Origin: Octopus vulgaris | Taxonomy: Eukaryota | Assembly (NCBI GenBank): GCA_951406725.2 | Contig: OX597828.1 | Coordinates: forward strand, 34,038,001-34,102,000 | Length of the DNA stretch: 64,000 nucleotides | Reading direction: 5' to 3' | In this document: piece by piece, positions 1 through 12,260 of the stretch | Position numbering within the stretch: the stretch's first letter is position 1 | How the letters are laid out: each line of letters starts with the position of its first letter | Notes under the pieces: generated by a model | Seen by the model: only the letters and a program-made list of their open reading frames with translations | What the model was told of the DNA's origin: nothing | Database searches by the model: none | Program-made: the position numbers and the translations under genes

Positions 1-344
1 AGAGAGAGAGAGATAGAAAGAGAGAGAGAGATATTGCAATTTATTATCTGAACATAAGTGACATATAAATACTTTTCCATCTCCTCAGACACATAAAATG
101 AAATATGCCGACAAACATAAAACAGAGTGAGAGAAAGGGACATTACAACATAAACACTGTGTCTTTTCTCACATACATAAAGCAAAATATATTCAAACAC
201 ATACGCAGAAAGAGTGAGAGAGAAGGATATCCCAATTTATGAACTGAGCATTTTCCTCTCCTCATACACATAAGGGGAGATATGGTTACACACATGAACG
301 GAGAGAGGGAGAAGGGGAGAAGGAGAACGACATTAAAATGAGCA

Positions 345-595
345 CCATGCAAAAGTGCCCATGTAGTACCATGTAAAAGCACCAGTGTGGTGCCACATAA
401 AAGCACTCAGCAAACTCGTAAAGTGGTCGGCATTAGGAAGGGCATCCAGCCATAGAAACCATGCCAAATCAGACTGGAGTCTGGTGCACCTCCCCAGCTT
501 ACCAGCTCTGCTCAAACTGTCCAACCCAAAGCCAGCATGGACAACAGATGTTAAATGAGGATGATGTTGTTGATGATGATGATGATGATGATGAA
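345..595 (+). mobile_element. RTE-LINE 3'-end-derived short repeat with (GAT)n tail (SINE-like or heavily 5'-truncated LINE)
   Basis: Shares ...ggcattaggaagggcatccagc...gtccaaccca..ccagcatgga...(gat)n with the 3' end of the RTE copy at 28770-28960. Further copies at about 3030-3225(-), 4425-4600, 39865-40053, 54745-55070 and 59200-59602. Confidence 0.7.
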
Positions 596-783
596 ACATT
601 AACACGTTTGATGTCAGATAATTCAGTGCCGAAACAGGGATTCCAAATTAGCAGCACCAGAACGCCTGTGCCAAAATGTTTCATTTTTTTAATGCATTTG
701 ATGTCAAGCACTCCTGGGTGTAATCAAAATTTCTGTAAACGATCGTGTTCTCGTAAATTAAAACTGATGCACTATTAACCATC

Positions 784-1697
784 TATGAAGTGGTATCAAA
801 AAGTTCCTGGACTAGTCCTGTAGCTTGCCAATAGATGGCAGCACACAGTTGCATGCATAATGAAAGCTAACTGACTGTCATGAGCCAGTGTGCCGAGTGA
901 TATCACTGTGTTTACTTGGCAAGTTGTGAAATTTGTGTTTTTGTGATTGTGTGTATGCTAAAGTCTGAGCATTTTGTCATAATTTGGAAGTTGGAACAAA
1001 AAGCCATCGTGAAAGTTTGCATTAAATTTGGGAAGTCTGCTAGAGAGACATTGTGCAATGAGACGTGTGACAATGAGGCTATGAGTTGTATGCAATGTTT
1101 TGAGTGGCACAAGCACTTCAAAAGCAGAAGAGCATTCCTGGAAGGTGATGAGTGGTCTGGAAGACTTGCTACAAGTGTCACCCCCAGAAATGTGGAGAAA
1201 ATTCATCATTTTGTGCATGAATATCGTCAGAGGACAATCAATGATGTTTTGAAGCATTTGAGGAAGGACATTTGGTGAAAGCAACCGGATCTGTGGAGCA
1301 CAAAGAACTGGATTCTTCATGATGACAATCCACCCTGTCACCAAGCTCTGTCACCATTTATGTGGTTCTCACCAAAAACAACATGATATTGCTTCTGCAC
1401 CCACCCTATTCACCAGATTTACCACCTGTGGACTTCCATCTCTTCCACCAGAGGAAAACACAGCTCAAAGGTCGCTGTTTTAATACTATTATCAATCCAG
1501 AACAAATTGCAGAAGGTCCTCTACTTGCTTATACCAAACAACTTACAGGCCAGATTCCAAAAGTGACAGGAAGGCCGAGACAGGTGTATTGCTGTGCAAG
1601 GTGATTATTTCGGAGAAGATAATGTTAAAACTCAGGTAAATAAGTTGTTTTTTTATAAAACCCAACTAGTCCAGGAACCTTTTAATGCCACTTTGTA
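784..1697 (+). mobile_element. Internally deleted, degenerate mariner (DD34D) DNA transposon
   Basis: ~31-bp TIRs (tgaagtggtatcaaaaagttcctggactagt / actagtccaggaaccttttaatgccactttg) flanked by TA on both sides. Transposase relics: N-terminal HTH (EQKAIVKVCIKFGKSARET..CFEWHKHFK), WILHDDNPPCH and HPPYSPDLPPVDFHLF. The middle (WVPH and first catalytic D) is missing. Confidence 0.88.
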
Positions 1698-2091
1698 ATT
1701 TGAGAAAAGTACAAAAATGAAAATAAACATAGGAAAATAATTATATTTGCATAGAATGGGGAGGATTCAAATTTGTGGAGTCCCACCAGGCTATGAGAGC
1801 CAGATGCTGTAGAGAATGAGTCAAATTTCTGATAAACCAAGACCACAGAGTTTGTTTTTTTTTCCTGTTTTTTTTTGTTGTTGTCACATGCGGAAGCATT
1901 GCTCATTCATTGACATGTGTCATGATAAGGTTGAAAAGTCATAACACACAGATAACATAAATAATAGATTATCAGTAAAAAGCAAAATGTAGTACACATA
2001 CACACACACACACATATTGGAGCCTTAGTCAAATCGTCCAGTCCATACCAGCCTGGAAAACGGACATTAAACGATGATGATGATGATGATG

Positions 2092-2134
<43 letters not shown>

Positions 2135-2173
2135 CATACATACATATATATATACATACATACATACATACAT

Positions 2174-2209
<36 letters not shown>

Positions 2210-2239
2210 CCACACACACACACACACATATATATATAT

Positions 2240-2402
2240 GGGTGCAGGAGTGGCTGTGTGGTAAGTGGCTTGCTGACCTACCACATGATTCCGGGTTCAG
2301 TCCCACTTTGTGGCACCTTGGGCAAGTGTCTTCTACTATAGCCTTGGGTCAACCAAAGTCTTCTGAGTGGATCTGGTTGGCAGAAACTGAAAGAAGCTTG
2401 TC

Positions 2403-2440
<38 letters not shown>

Positions 2441-2604
2441 TTGTGTGTGTGTTTGTCCCCCCCACCATCGCTTGACAACCAATGGTGGTGTGTTTATGTC
2501 CCCGTAATTTAGAGGTTCGGCAAAAGAGACCGATAGAATATATATTAGGCTTACAAAGAATAAGTCCTGAGGTTGATTTGTTCGACTAAAGGCAGTATTC
2601 CAGC
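2240..2604 (+). mobile_element. tRNA-derived SINE family A with internal (TG)n tract
   Basis: A-box-like tggctgtgtggtaa and B-box-like gggttcagtccc, followed by the same body as copies at 31994, 33169 and 56151. Confidence 0.75.
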
Positions 2605-2608
2605 ATAT

Positions 2609-3005
2609 ATATTCTTTTATTCTTTTACTTGTTTCAGTCATTTGACTGTGGCCATGCTGGAGCACTGCCTTAAAGGGTTTTTTAGTCAAGAAATCAACCC
2701 TAGAACTTATTCTTTATAAACTTACTTTATCAGTCTCTTGCCAAACTGTTACATTGCAAGGCTGTAAACACACCAACACCGGTTGTCAAGCAATGATAGG
2801 GGGAGAAACACAGACACAAAGGTACATGCACATAAATATATACATATTTATAAAGGCAACGGGCTTCATTCAGTTTCCGTTTCCACTCACAAGGTTTTGG
2901 TTGGCCTGTGGATATAGCAGAAGGCACTTGCCTAAGGTGCCATGCAGTGGGACTGAACCGGGAACCATGTGATTGAGAAACAAGCTTCTTACCACACAGC
3001 CATGT
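2609..3005 (-). mobile_element. SINE family A, reverse copy tail-to-tail with 2240-2604
   Basis: Reverse complement of family A: ...ttgcctaaggtgccatgcagtgggactgaaccgggaaccatg...ttaccacacagccat. Confidence 0.75.
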
Positions 3006-3365
3006 CTATATCATCCTCCTCCTCACCATCATCGTTTAACATCCATTTTCCATGCTGGCATGGGTTGGACAGTTTGACAGGAGCTGGTTAGACCAGGAGC
3101 TGGCAAGACCAGGAGCAGCACTAGGCTTTATAGTCTGTTTTAGCATGGTTTATACACCTAGATGCCCCTTCCTAATGTCAACCACTTTATAGAGTGCACT
3201 GGGTGTTTTTTACATGGCACCAGCACACACACACACACACATACACACACACACACACATAATCTTCATCGTTATTTTAATGTTCACTTATCCATGCTTG
3301 CATGAGTCAGACAGAGCTTATTGAGGCTGATTTTTCTACAACTGGATGCCCTTCCTGTCACCAAC

Positions 3366-4160
3366 AGTCGGATTACTACCTCCCACTTGGAAGGGTATGT
3401 GTTTGCAATCCAGGAACAGGAAATATCAACCAAGTGTCTGATGCACAAAAGTGATACAGATGTGGGAAAAAAGTCGTAAAATGAGACAACCAATGCAGAC
3501 TTTGTGGAGTTCACACTGGAGTTCATTCACAGCATAAGCAGGTATCCGAAAATGTCATTATAGTATTATCTACTGATGAGACATGATGTAGCTAAGACAC
3601 TCTATAATGAAATCTGTCAGAAGGATAATCCTGAGGACAAAGAAATATGAACCTACAATATGGTAGAAGCCATAGCCACTCATAATAAACAGGAATACTG
3701 GTGGAATGTCCCAGTGAAGATCTCAATAAGATAGAAGCACAACAGGCCTGATATAGTGATTTGGAAAAGAGAGGAGAAACTGTGCACTGTTGTGGAAATT
3801 AACTGCCCAGCGGATGTTAATATAAAGCTGAAGATCAGTGAAAGAGAATATCTACGCTGAATTATTGAGAAATTTACGGTTACTCTATCCAGATTACAAG
3901 TTCAGGTATATATACCTGTAATTATTGGGCCCATGGGATTTTTAACTCACTGCCTAAATACCAATCTTGACAAATTAGGCTTCTCAAAACCAGAAAGGAA
4001 AAAGCTGATTCAAAGACTACAGATCCAAATCATCACTGGAACTGTAAAAATCTGTAAAACTTTCCAGAGATTTATCATTTAAATATATATGAGCATATCT
4101 AGATATGTAACTATATGCATGAGAAGGCATACATAAAACACAGAAATCTGCACACAGGCA
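3366..4160 (+). mobile_element. Decayed 3' fragment of an R4/Dong-type (restriction-like endonuclease) non-LTR retrotransposon
   Basis: Translation across frameshifts gives EGYVFAIQEQEI..CRLCG..RHD..WWNVPV..HNRPDIVIW..VVEINCPADVN..YAELL..IPVIIGPMG (zinc knuckle plus PD-(D/E)xK endonuclease). Followed by (TACA)n. Confidence 0.8.
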
Positions 4161-4801
4161 TACATACATATGTACATACATACATACATACATACATACA
4201 TACATACATACATACATACATACATACATACATACATACAGATATATATATACATATACATATACATACATACATATACATGTTATATCTGTTATATGTA
4301 CGTATGTATATATATGCATGAATGAATGTATGAATATATATATATATATATAATTATATGAGAAAATCCATCAAGGTAAGTGAAATCATAGTCATGGTAG
4401 ATATTGGTATCATGCAAATGGCACTTGTGCTCTCACAGTGGTTGGCACTAGGAAGGACATCCAGCCATAGAAACCATGCCAAATTAGACTAGAGTCTGGT
4501 ATAGTCCCTCAGCTTACTAGCCCTGGTCAAACCGTCCAATCCATACCAGCATGGACAATGGACTTTAAATGATGATGATGATGATGATAATGATGATGTA
4601 AAATCCAAGGATCCTGATGTAGAAAGTTAGTAAGCTTCAAGCAGTCCGTAGAAGGTATGAAAAACCAACTTCCAGGAACAATAGTTGTTTATTGGCAGAG
4701 AGGGGTGTAAATTTTTCCCTTATTGAAGTTTGATAAGCTGAAATAAGTTATTTTATAGTTCATGGTTAGCAACTGGGGTTGCTATGTATGCAAATAAAAA
4801 T

Positions 4802-5080
4802 CTCAAATTTAGGAAATGGAGCAGGTAAAATCTAGATTACAAATGTCTCATAGCTAGTAGAACCTTGGAAGTAGTAATAACTCGACAAGGAGTACACTAC
4901 TAGCTGCACATCAAGCTGAAGACACCTTAGTTTAATAGAGGTTACATTGTCATCAAGGGATCCCAAGTTAACTCACTGGAAGTTTCTCCTGTTTGATAAG
5001 TAGCTAGTGGAGTACCCCCTCGTTGAGTAATTTCTACTTCTCAGGTTCTGGACTTTACCTGCTCCATTCCCTCAATTTGG

Positions 5081-5081
<1 letters not shown>
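4802..5081. mobile_element. Foldback MITE-like element
   Basis: caaatttaggaaatggagcaggtaaaatctaga pairs with tctggactttacctgctccattccctcaatttg. Imperfect pairing continues inward for about 100 bp. Confidence 0.6.
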
Positions 5082-5128
<47 letters not shown>

Positions 5129-5210
5129 TTGAGATTCAGTTGAATTAGGTACTTAAGTTGAAGCACCAAGTCAGTGCGGTATTATCTGCACAGCCGAAAG
5201 AGTAAGATGA

Positions 5211-6845
5211 ATAAAATCAAAATAAGCAACAGGATATCAAGTAGTGATGCAATACAACCATTTCAAGTGGATCCACTTAATTGATCAATGCAATTATTAC
5301 ATCAATTTAAATGCAGTGCCATCTTCAACTGCTCAAATAAATAAATAGAATTTTAACTAGTTGGACACATTAATATAATTTTACTCAAATATTTTAACAG
5401 AGCAAGAAGATGGAAGAAATTCATGTAGTCACTGTTGTAGCTAAGAACAGACAACACTTCCAAGGATTGCATGAAGCCTATTGGGGTCATAATGTTGTAA
5501 AGAATTGTAATTCATTTCTAATTCATTTATCACTTTATAAACTATTAAATCTAAGACTAGAAGACTGTGTCTATTATGAATAAAGGACAAGAGTCACTTG
5601 ACAGCTCATGGCTAGTTATGGTCATAAATATTGTCATATGTATCCCTTTTCCTCAGAGAGGAAAGAAGACATTAGGAGTAGTCAATTGGATATAAAGTAA
5701 CTGTCTATAAAAAGAGGCTGGGTAGGGGAAGACTTTAAATCATAATGTTAATTACCAGTTAAAGGGGCAAAACGCTGAGAAACCTAGGATGTTAATACAG
5801 AAAAAAAATTATTTTGGAGCACCATGGGTGATTGTTTATAAACAATATTGTTATGTTGTAGAAAAAATAAAGTTAGGATTTTCAAAAATAATATCATAAC
5901 CAAAAAAGGTAAAATGTGCATATATATCAATTTTCAACATAAAAAAGGAAAAATTACTTAGAATCAGTTTAATATTCATTTGTGTACTTAATTATTTACT
6001 TAGGTGGGTTCTATAAAGATTGCTCAAGGCATTTACTTATGGAATAACTGGAAAGATAATAAACATGCTATCTATATATAAATATTTAAGCCATGAATCA
6101 GAAAAAAAAATAAAGATGTGTACAGATACACACACATTTATATATGAGCACACATGCACACATACACATACACAAATATTTATACGTTTATAAAGATACA
6201 ATATAACCATCTCGCATAGACTTAAGTATCTGGAAAATATCTATTTAAGAACAAGAAAAATAACAATTTATAAGGGATAAGAAGTTAATAAGTTATGTGC
6301 TTATATGCATAAGAGATTAATAGGTAAAGATATCAAAATAAGAAAACAAAATAATAATTTATAGAAAATAATAAGAAATACATATAACTTACATTTAAAG
6401 AAACAGGGGATTAAAATTTGAGGTAAGAGATAAAGGTAACTAAAAAAGGTAACTAAAAAAGAGGGGTAATAGGTATGGATGTAGTGAGGGTAGTTAAAGG
6501 TATTCAGACTGAAGAAATTTCATAAGTCGTAATGTTACAGTTACTTTGTATGTATAATTTTATAGTTTCTAGCGGGTATATAATTTAGTCAAAAGGAGAC
6601 TTACTTTCATAAAGTCACTACAAATATACATAATATTTTCTTCCATCTTCTTGTGCTGTTAAAATATTTGAGGAAAATTCTGTTTATGTGTCCAACTGGT
6701 TAAAATTCTATTTATTTATTTGTGCAGCTGAAGATGGCACTGCATTTAAATTGATGTAATGATTGCATTGTTCAATTAAATGCAACCGCTTGAAATGGCT
6801 GTACTGCATCACTACACGATATCCTGTTGCTTATTTTGATTTTAT
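5211..6845. repeat. ~210-bp inverted repeat pair (5211-5420 / 6637-6845), Penelope-LTR-like
   Basis: ataaaatcaaaataagcaacaggatatc...agcaagaagatggaagaaa is mirrored by tttcttccatcttcttg...gatatcctgttgcttattttgattttat. Each arm carries a hammerhead-like motif, and both lie near (TA)n tracts. Confidence 0.75.
6722..6809 (+). ncRNA. Type I hammerhead-ribozyme-like motif
   Basis: Stem I gugcag/cugcau; CUGAAGA at 6728-6734; long stem II (ugcauuuaaauuga/ucaauuaaaugca); GAAA at 6792-6795; quasi-palindromic stem III AUGGCUGU; GUA triplet at 6801-6803. The base of stem II is imperfect. Confidence 0.55.
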
Positions 6846-6858
6846 ATATATATGTATG

Positions 6859-6892
<34 letters not shown>

Positions 6893-7040
6893 TGTATGTA
6901 TGTATGTATGTATGTATGTATGTATGCATGTACCAGTATGGTGATTGCAAAGAGGAAAAATAGAACTCAAAATATGAGTATATGTATATTTTTATTAATA
7001 TTTAGCAGAAGCAACAGAGTGACTCAGGGTCTGAGAGTTT

Positions 7041-7098
<58 letters not shown>

Positions 7099-7344
7099 GC
7101 ATATATATACATATATATGCTTCACAAGAATATGAAATTCTTCTTTTTTTTGAAATGGTGGATCTTGAAGCAGTAACACTATAAATAATAGTGCGTAAAT
7201 ATTGGGTTAAAAACCCATTTTTGATAAGAAAAAATTCGAAGGCTGCTGCTCATGGAACTCAAACTTACATCTCTTGTAAACATAACAAGCATACTCTCAT
7301 TGTACCAAAGCAATCCTTTGAATTTCTCTATCCATTTTAGAAAC

Positions 7345-7350
7345 TTTATT
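7345..7350 (-). promoter_or_regulatory. Candidate poly(A) signal (AATAAA) of the Cys-scaffold/NDY-rich gene
   Basis: About 120 nt downstream of the TAA at 7472 on the minus strand. Confidence 0.35.
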
Positions 7351-7471
7351 CTTACCAGCGAGCACTGTATGTTGTTGACATCATAAGAATTTATAAATTT
7401 TGAGAGAATGTGTCTCCAGGAGATGTAGGTTTGTGTCTAAAATTAAAGTTTGTATGATTTGAATTACACAC

Positions 7472-7625
7472 TTATGTACCTGCAGATTCAGCTGACATAT
7501 CACAGTTCATAAAAAGACGTCCAAATTGATAGATCATGTTGTTAAGATTATACATAAAATTATCAGATTCCTGGTTGCAGACTTTCTTCATTTCATGAGA
7601 GCAGTCTCTCATCTTTGACATTCCT
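7472..7625 (-). CDS. Cys-scaffold/NDY-rich protein, probable terminal exon (GMSKMRDCSHEMKKVCNQESD...FMNCDMSAESAGT*)
   Basis: Acceptor tttatttacag|A completes the AG+A Arg codon left by the upstream exon (phase 2). Three Cys are spaced like those of exon 16282-16409. An alternative donor G|gtacat exists at 7480. Confidence 0.8.
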
Positions 7626-8365
7626 CTGTAAATAAAGGTAAAAGAAAACAAAAATGAAAGTTTGGAATTACAAATTGTTAAATGAATAAATTTTTGCTTT
7701 TGTTCTTTACTTGTTTCAGTCACTGGACTGCAGCCATTGCTGGAGCATGACATTGAAGGGTTAAGTCAAACAAACTCTTCCCCCACCCCCAGTATTTATT
7801 TTTCAAAATCTAGTACTTATTTTATGAGTCCCTTTTGTCAAACTGCTAAGTTATGTTGACGTAAACAAACCAACATTGGGTATCGCGAGGTGAAGGGAGT
7901 ATATACAAACACAAACACAAACACACAAACACACAAACACACACACACACACACAATAACATATCGAACATAGGTACTATTTAATGTTTTATATACCATA
8001 CACACATTTCAACCAATTACTGTCATAATTACACAACAGTTTTTGAATCATTATATAATGCTGCATTTCACCTCATCAGTGTTTAGCAACAAATGCAATG
8101 ATTGTGTGTTGTATTTTACAGCACCTTTACTTGATATATATATATATACATGACAAGCTTCCATACAGTTTCTGTCTACCAAATTCACCCACAAGGGATT
8201 GGTGAGCCTATGGCTACAGCAGAAGACACTTTCACAATGTACCATGCAGTAGAACTGAACCTGGGCCAACTTGGTTGCAAAGAGAGCTTCTTAAGCACAC
8301 AGCCATGTCTGCATCTAATGATAATAATAACTAAAGAACAGAGCGTATGAATAAGAAACACTTAC

Positions 8366-9389
8366 CTGCAAATGTCTGTGCGATATCTTACATCATAGTT
8401 ATAAAACGCCCAGTAATCTGGTCTACGTTCATTGGAATTATAGTAATTGTAACCATAGTTACGACCATCATAATCATAGTCTTGGTCATAGAACCTGTTA
8501 CGATCATAATAGTTGTTCCGATAGTGGTTATTATAGAATGGTGTATTCCTGTTATTCTCCCAGTCCTTGTCTTGTTCATAGGTACCATGGATGTCAGGTT
8601 TTAGTTTCTCAGCTTCAGGCTGGGGCTGTTCCTTGTCAGGTTCTTCTCGAGTTTCACGGTTCAGTCGCTCGAAGTTTTGATTATAGTAGTCGTTGCTGAA
8701 AAGGTCTGATCTTTGGGAGTGACTTTTCTGCCATCCATCATGGTTGTATTTCTTGTTGTAATAGTTATCATCATTGTCATAGTAACTGTTGTCATACCAA
8801 TGTCTTCTGTTGCCATCGTAGTCGTTGCCATCGTAGTCGTTGCCATCGTAGTTGTTGCGGCGATTGTTATCGTAATAGTTGTTCTTGTTATGCCAATTAT
8901 ATTTGTTCGCCCAGTAGTCACGGTTGTGGTCGGAATTATAGTCACGATTATGATCAAAGCCATTTCCAAAGTTACGTAGCCACTCGTGCATGTTGACATC
9001 ATCATCATCATCATCGCTTTCATTTTTAACACCATCCTTTTTGGCTGCAGAAGTGACAGTTTCTGTTTTAGCCGGAGCAGTTGCATCAGCTTGGAGTCCA
9101 GCTGTGCCAGTCTCAGAGAAAGGCGCATCAGGTTGCAATGCTTGGTCAGACCGATAGCCTTGACCTTGGTCATGAACTTGACCATCACCTTGCTTGTTAG
9201 GGTCATCCTCAAAATATCCCTGCCAATTGTAAGAGTTTGGATAGTTATGAAAGAAGTCACGATTGATATATTCATACTCATGTTCAAAGAAATTTCTGTG
9301 ATTCAGTTCTGAAGTTGTGTAGCAGTGCCTTATTTTCTCTTGGACATTGTTCTTGTTTGATTTGAAGCATTTCTGGAATTTCTGGTAAT
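8366..9389 (-). CDS. Cys-scaffold/NDY-rich protein, large 1024-bp exon (DYQKFQKCFKSNKNNVQEKIRHCY...NDY-rich...YRTDICR)
   Basis: Long pyrimidine tract and cttgtag acceptor (phase 1); TGCAG|gtaagt donor (phase 2). Open, non-microsatellite frame within the 392-aa ORF 8362-9540. Confidence 0.88.
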
Positions 9390-9571
9390 CTACAAGTTTG
9401 GTGAGGAGAGTAGAATATAAAAGAAAAAAAAAGAAAAAGAAAAAGAAAACAAACAGAACAAACACAGCAAAAAAAAAAAGGAAGAAAACAAACCAGACAA
9501 TATAGAAAAAGAGATAAGAAAACACAGGACTGAATAACAAAACTGAAAATGAGGAACTGAATCAGGTTTAA

Positions 9572-9795
9572 CCCTTTCGTGACCAACCTGCCTGAGAATT
9601 TCCTTGGTTTTATGATGTAAATTTCATGCGTTAAAGTGATATAAATTTAAACATTTCATCAAAATTTCTTGTTAATTTATGTTCCAAATATCAATTTAAA
9701 AATGGCAATGTTGCTTTTTTTAAATTCTTGTTTTATTTTCAAAATTAATTGAAACAAAGGCAGGGTTTTGCCATAGAAATATGGTAACAAAAGGG
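9572..9795. mobile_element. piggyBac-like MITE
   Basis: ttaa|ccctttcgtgacca...tggtaacaaaaggg|ttag. Related to 54061-54270. Confidence 0.55.
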
Positions 9796-10065
9796 TTAGG
9801 AGGAAATGAAATAGGTAGACGGGAAAGATAAAACAGAATGGATAAGTAATGCGCATGCACACACACACACAAATGTGTGTGTGTATCAATATGGCTTTGA
9901 TTAGGAAACAGCTTTTCTTTGGAACTTGTTACATTGAAAACGTGACTGTTAGAGTTTAATTATTTTTGTTAATGCTTTTTCGATGAACATTCTTATGTCC
10001 ATTAAATTTTTCTAGACCCTCTTGATCTCATCTTCTGTATGAAGTGGTGGTAGTGACAACATATA

Positions 10066-11324
10066 TAGGATGGGCAAGCAAAACTTTTGACAGGAATTTT
10101 TTGTAAACCTCATTTTTTTTATGTAGCATTGGTGTATTATAACAACTGTTTTTTTAATCTTATCTTCAGTATTAGGTCTCATAGTAACAATTTAATTTGC
10201 TTTCAGCTAAAGAAGCAATGAGACAATACTTTGCTCATTTGCTCTGCACAGGAATTGATATCAAGCAAATTTCTGAGTTGGTTAATGTGTTAATGTCTCA
10301 TTAAGCACAGTTTACAACATCAAGAATAATTTGGATAACATCAAAAGCATTCAGAGGAAGCAAGGCATTGGAGGAACCAATAAAAAGTGAAATCCAGCAT
10401 TCCTAAAGGCCCTCAAGTCTAACATTTTGAAGGATCCAACCACATCCACGAGGAAACTGGCAGTTGACATGGAAGTTGGTGCCAAGACTATAAGAAATTC
10501 TGTTCACTGTGATTTAGGCCTGAAATCCTTTGTGTCTCCTCCTAATCAATTCAATGAAGGCCAGGAGGCTTGAAAGGGCAAAGAAATGTGTGGTCCTTTC
10601 TCAAAAAGTCTGAATCCACTGTTTAAAATATTTTCTAATAAGAAAATCCTCACTGTGGATGCTGTTGTGAACAGATGAAATGATTAGTATATTGCTGAAT
10701 CACCATCTCAAGTCAAGGGTATCTTCAGAGCAAAGCATCCTGCTCAGGTGATGGTTTTGGGAGTTGTGGCATCAGATGGCCAAAAATGCTCCTGCATTTT
10801 TTCAAATCTGGTGAGAGAATTAGTGCTGATGCTTATTACTATGTGCTGAGATATCATGTTCTGCTTTGGCTTAAGGCTAATTACCCTGATGGTAATTATG
10901 TGTGGAATCAGGATGGGGCACTTGCTCATACAGTGAAAAAAGTGCAAACATTTTGCAAGAATAATTTTGCTGATTTTTGGCCCTCCTCCAGCCCAGATTT
11001 GAATCTGCTGAACTATTCAATTTGGAGCACTTTAGAGCAGTCTACCAACAGAACTTCTTATCCTAGAACTGAACATCTCAAGCAAGTTTTGAAGGAAGAA
11101 TGGGCCAAATTATCTGCACATTTTATAATAAAGACCTGTGGCACATTCAGACTCCGTATCCAAATGGTGATAGAAAATAAAGGTGGACACATTGAGTAGA
11201 ATCTCTATTATTGGCAGTTAATAACTTATGTATAAATAATTTTGCTATACATTGTCTCTTCCATGGACAATAAACCATTTCCAAATTCCATTTGGCTTTT
11301 CCAAGTTTTGCTCCCCGCATCCTG
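10066..11324 (+). mobile_element. Degenerate Tc1/mariner-superfamily transposon, maT/DD37D-like
   Basis: Relics IFSNKK (FSDEK), KHPAQVMVLGVVASDG, VWNQDGALAHT, WPSSSPDLNLLNY and terminal KGGHIE*. Degenerate TIRs taggatgggcaagcaaaactt / aagttttgctccccgcatcctg. Multiple stops and frameshifts. Confidence 0.8.
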
Positions 11325-11355
11325 AATGTGTGTGTGCATGTGTGTGTGTGTGTGC

Positions 11356-11386
<31 letters not shown>

Positions 11387-11458
11387 TGTGTGTGTGTGTG
11401 CATGTGTGTGTGTGCATGTGTGTGTGTGTGCATGTGTGTGTGTGTGTGTGTGTGTGTG

Positions 11459-11500
<42 letters not shown>

Positions 11501-12074
11501 TGTGTGTATACATGCATAAAGAGAGACAAGTCAATGCTAAATACAGCAATATAATAATACTGGCAAATATTCTTATGAGAGGAAGAATATATAAAAATAT
11601 ATAGATTAAAATTACATGGAATTTATGAAATATGCATAAAAATATGATGTGAGAACATTTTAACAAATAGAGTTGAAGGTAATACAGGATATACATTCAT
11701 GTAACATAAATTTTATTTTGATAAATTAATCAAAGAAATAGGGGAATACCCATGGCCTTTGCATGATTTCCCAGTCTCTTGAGATTGATGCAGTCAATGT
11801 TGAGTTAAAAACATTATATGAAATAAACTGTATTGGAAACAAAATATTTGGGTTTATGGTGAAATGATAATATAATAAAAGTAAATATATATAAAACAAA
11901 ACAAAGTGCAAAGGGAGAAATAATTTTTAAAAAATTGATAATATAAGATATATTTTTAAAAAGAATTTTGCTTGAGCTGCAGGATTCATAAGGCCAGTTA
12001 TCCAAGCTCGATGGCATAGAAGTGGTCAAGATCATATTACAACAAAATGCTGGTCTGTTGCTGGGTCCAAGGTT

Positions 12075-12260
12075 GGCTATCTTGAGGGGAGGAGACAAGT
12101 TAATTACGTTGACCCCAGTATTTCACTGGTACTTTATTTTATCAATCCAAAAGAGATGAAAGGCAAAGTTGGTGTTGGCAGGGTTTGAACCCAGAATGTA
12201 AAGCACCAGAAGAAATGCCACCAAGCATTTTGTCTGACATGCTAACAATTCTGCCAGCTT
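12075..12260 (-). mobile_element. tRNA-derived SINE family B
   Basis: Reverse complement of ggcgagctggcagaa..ttagca..gagttcaaattcc..ctttgcctttcatcc. Other copies at 19460-19672, 19695-19893 and 25125-25335. Confidence 0.65.

Noticed and set aside
8366-9389. Reflectin
   Set aside because: It lacks the Met-rich (M/F)D-X5 repeated motif and is embedded in a Cys scaffold.
9390-9540. Hydrophobic N-terminus of the 392-aa ORF as a signal peptide
   Set aside because: It is the translated polypyrimidine tract of the intron; a clean acceptor at 9390 joins the upstream exon in frame.
11749-11827. Additional exon of the NDY-rich gene
   Set aside because: Phase 0/0 is incompatible with the phase 1 junction between 16282 and 9389.
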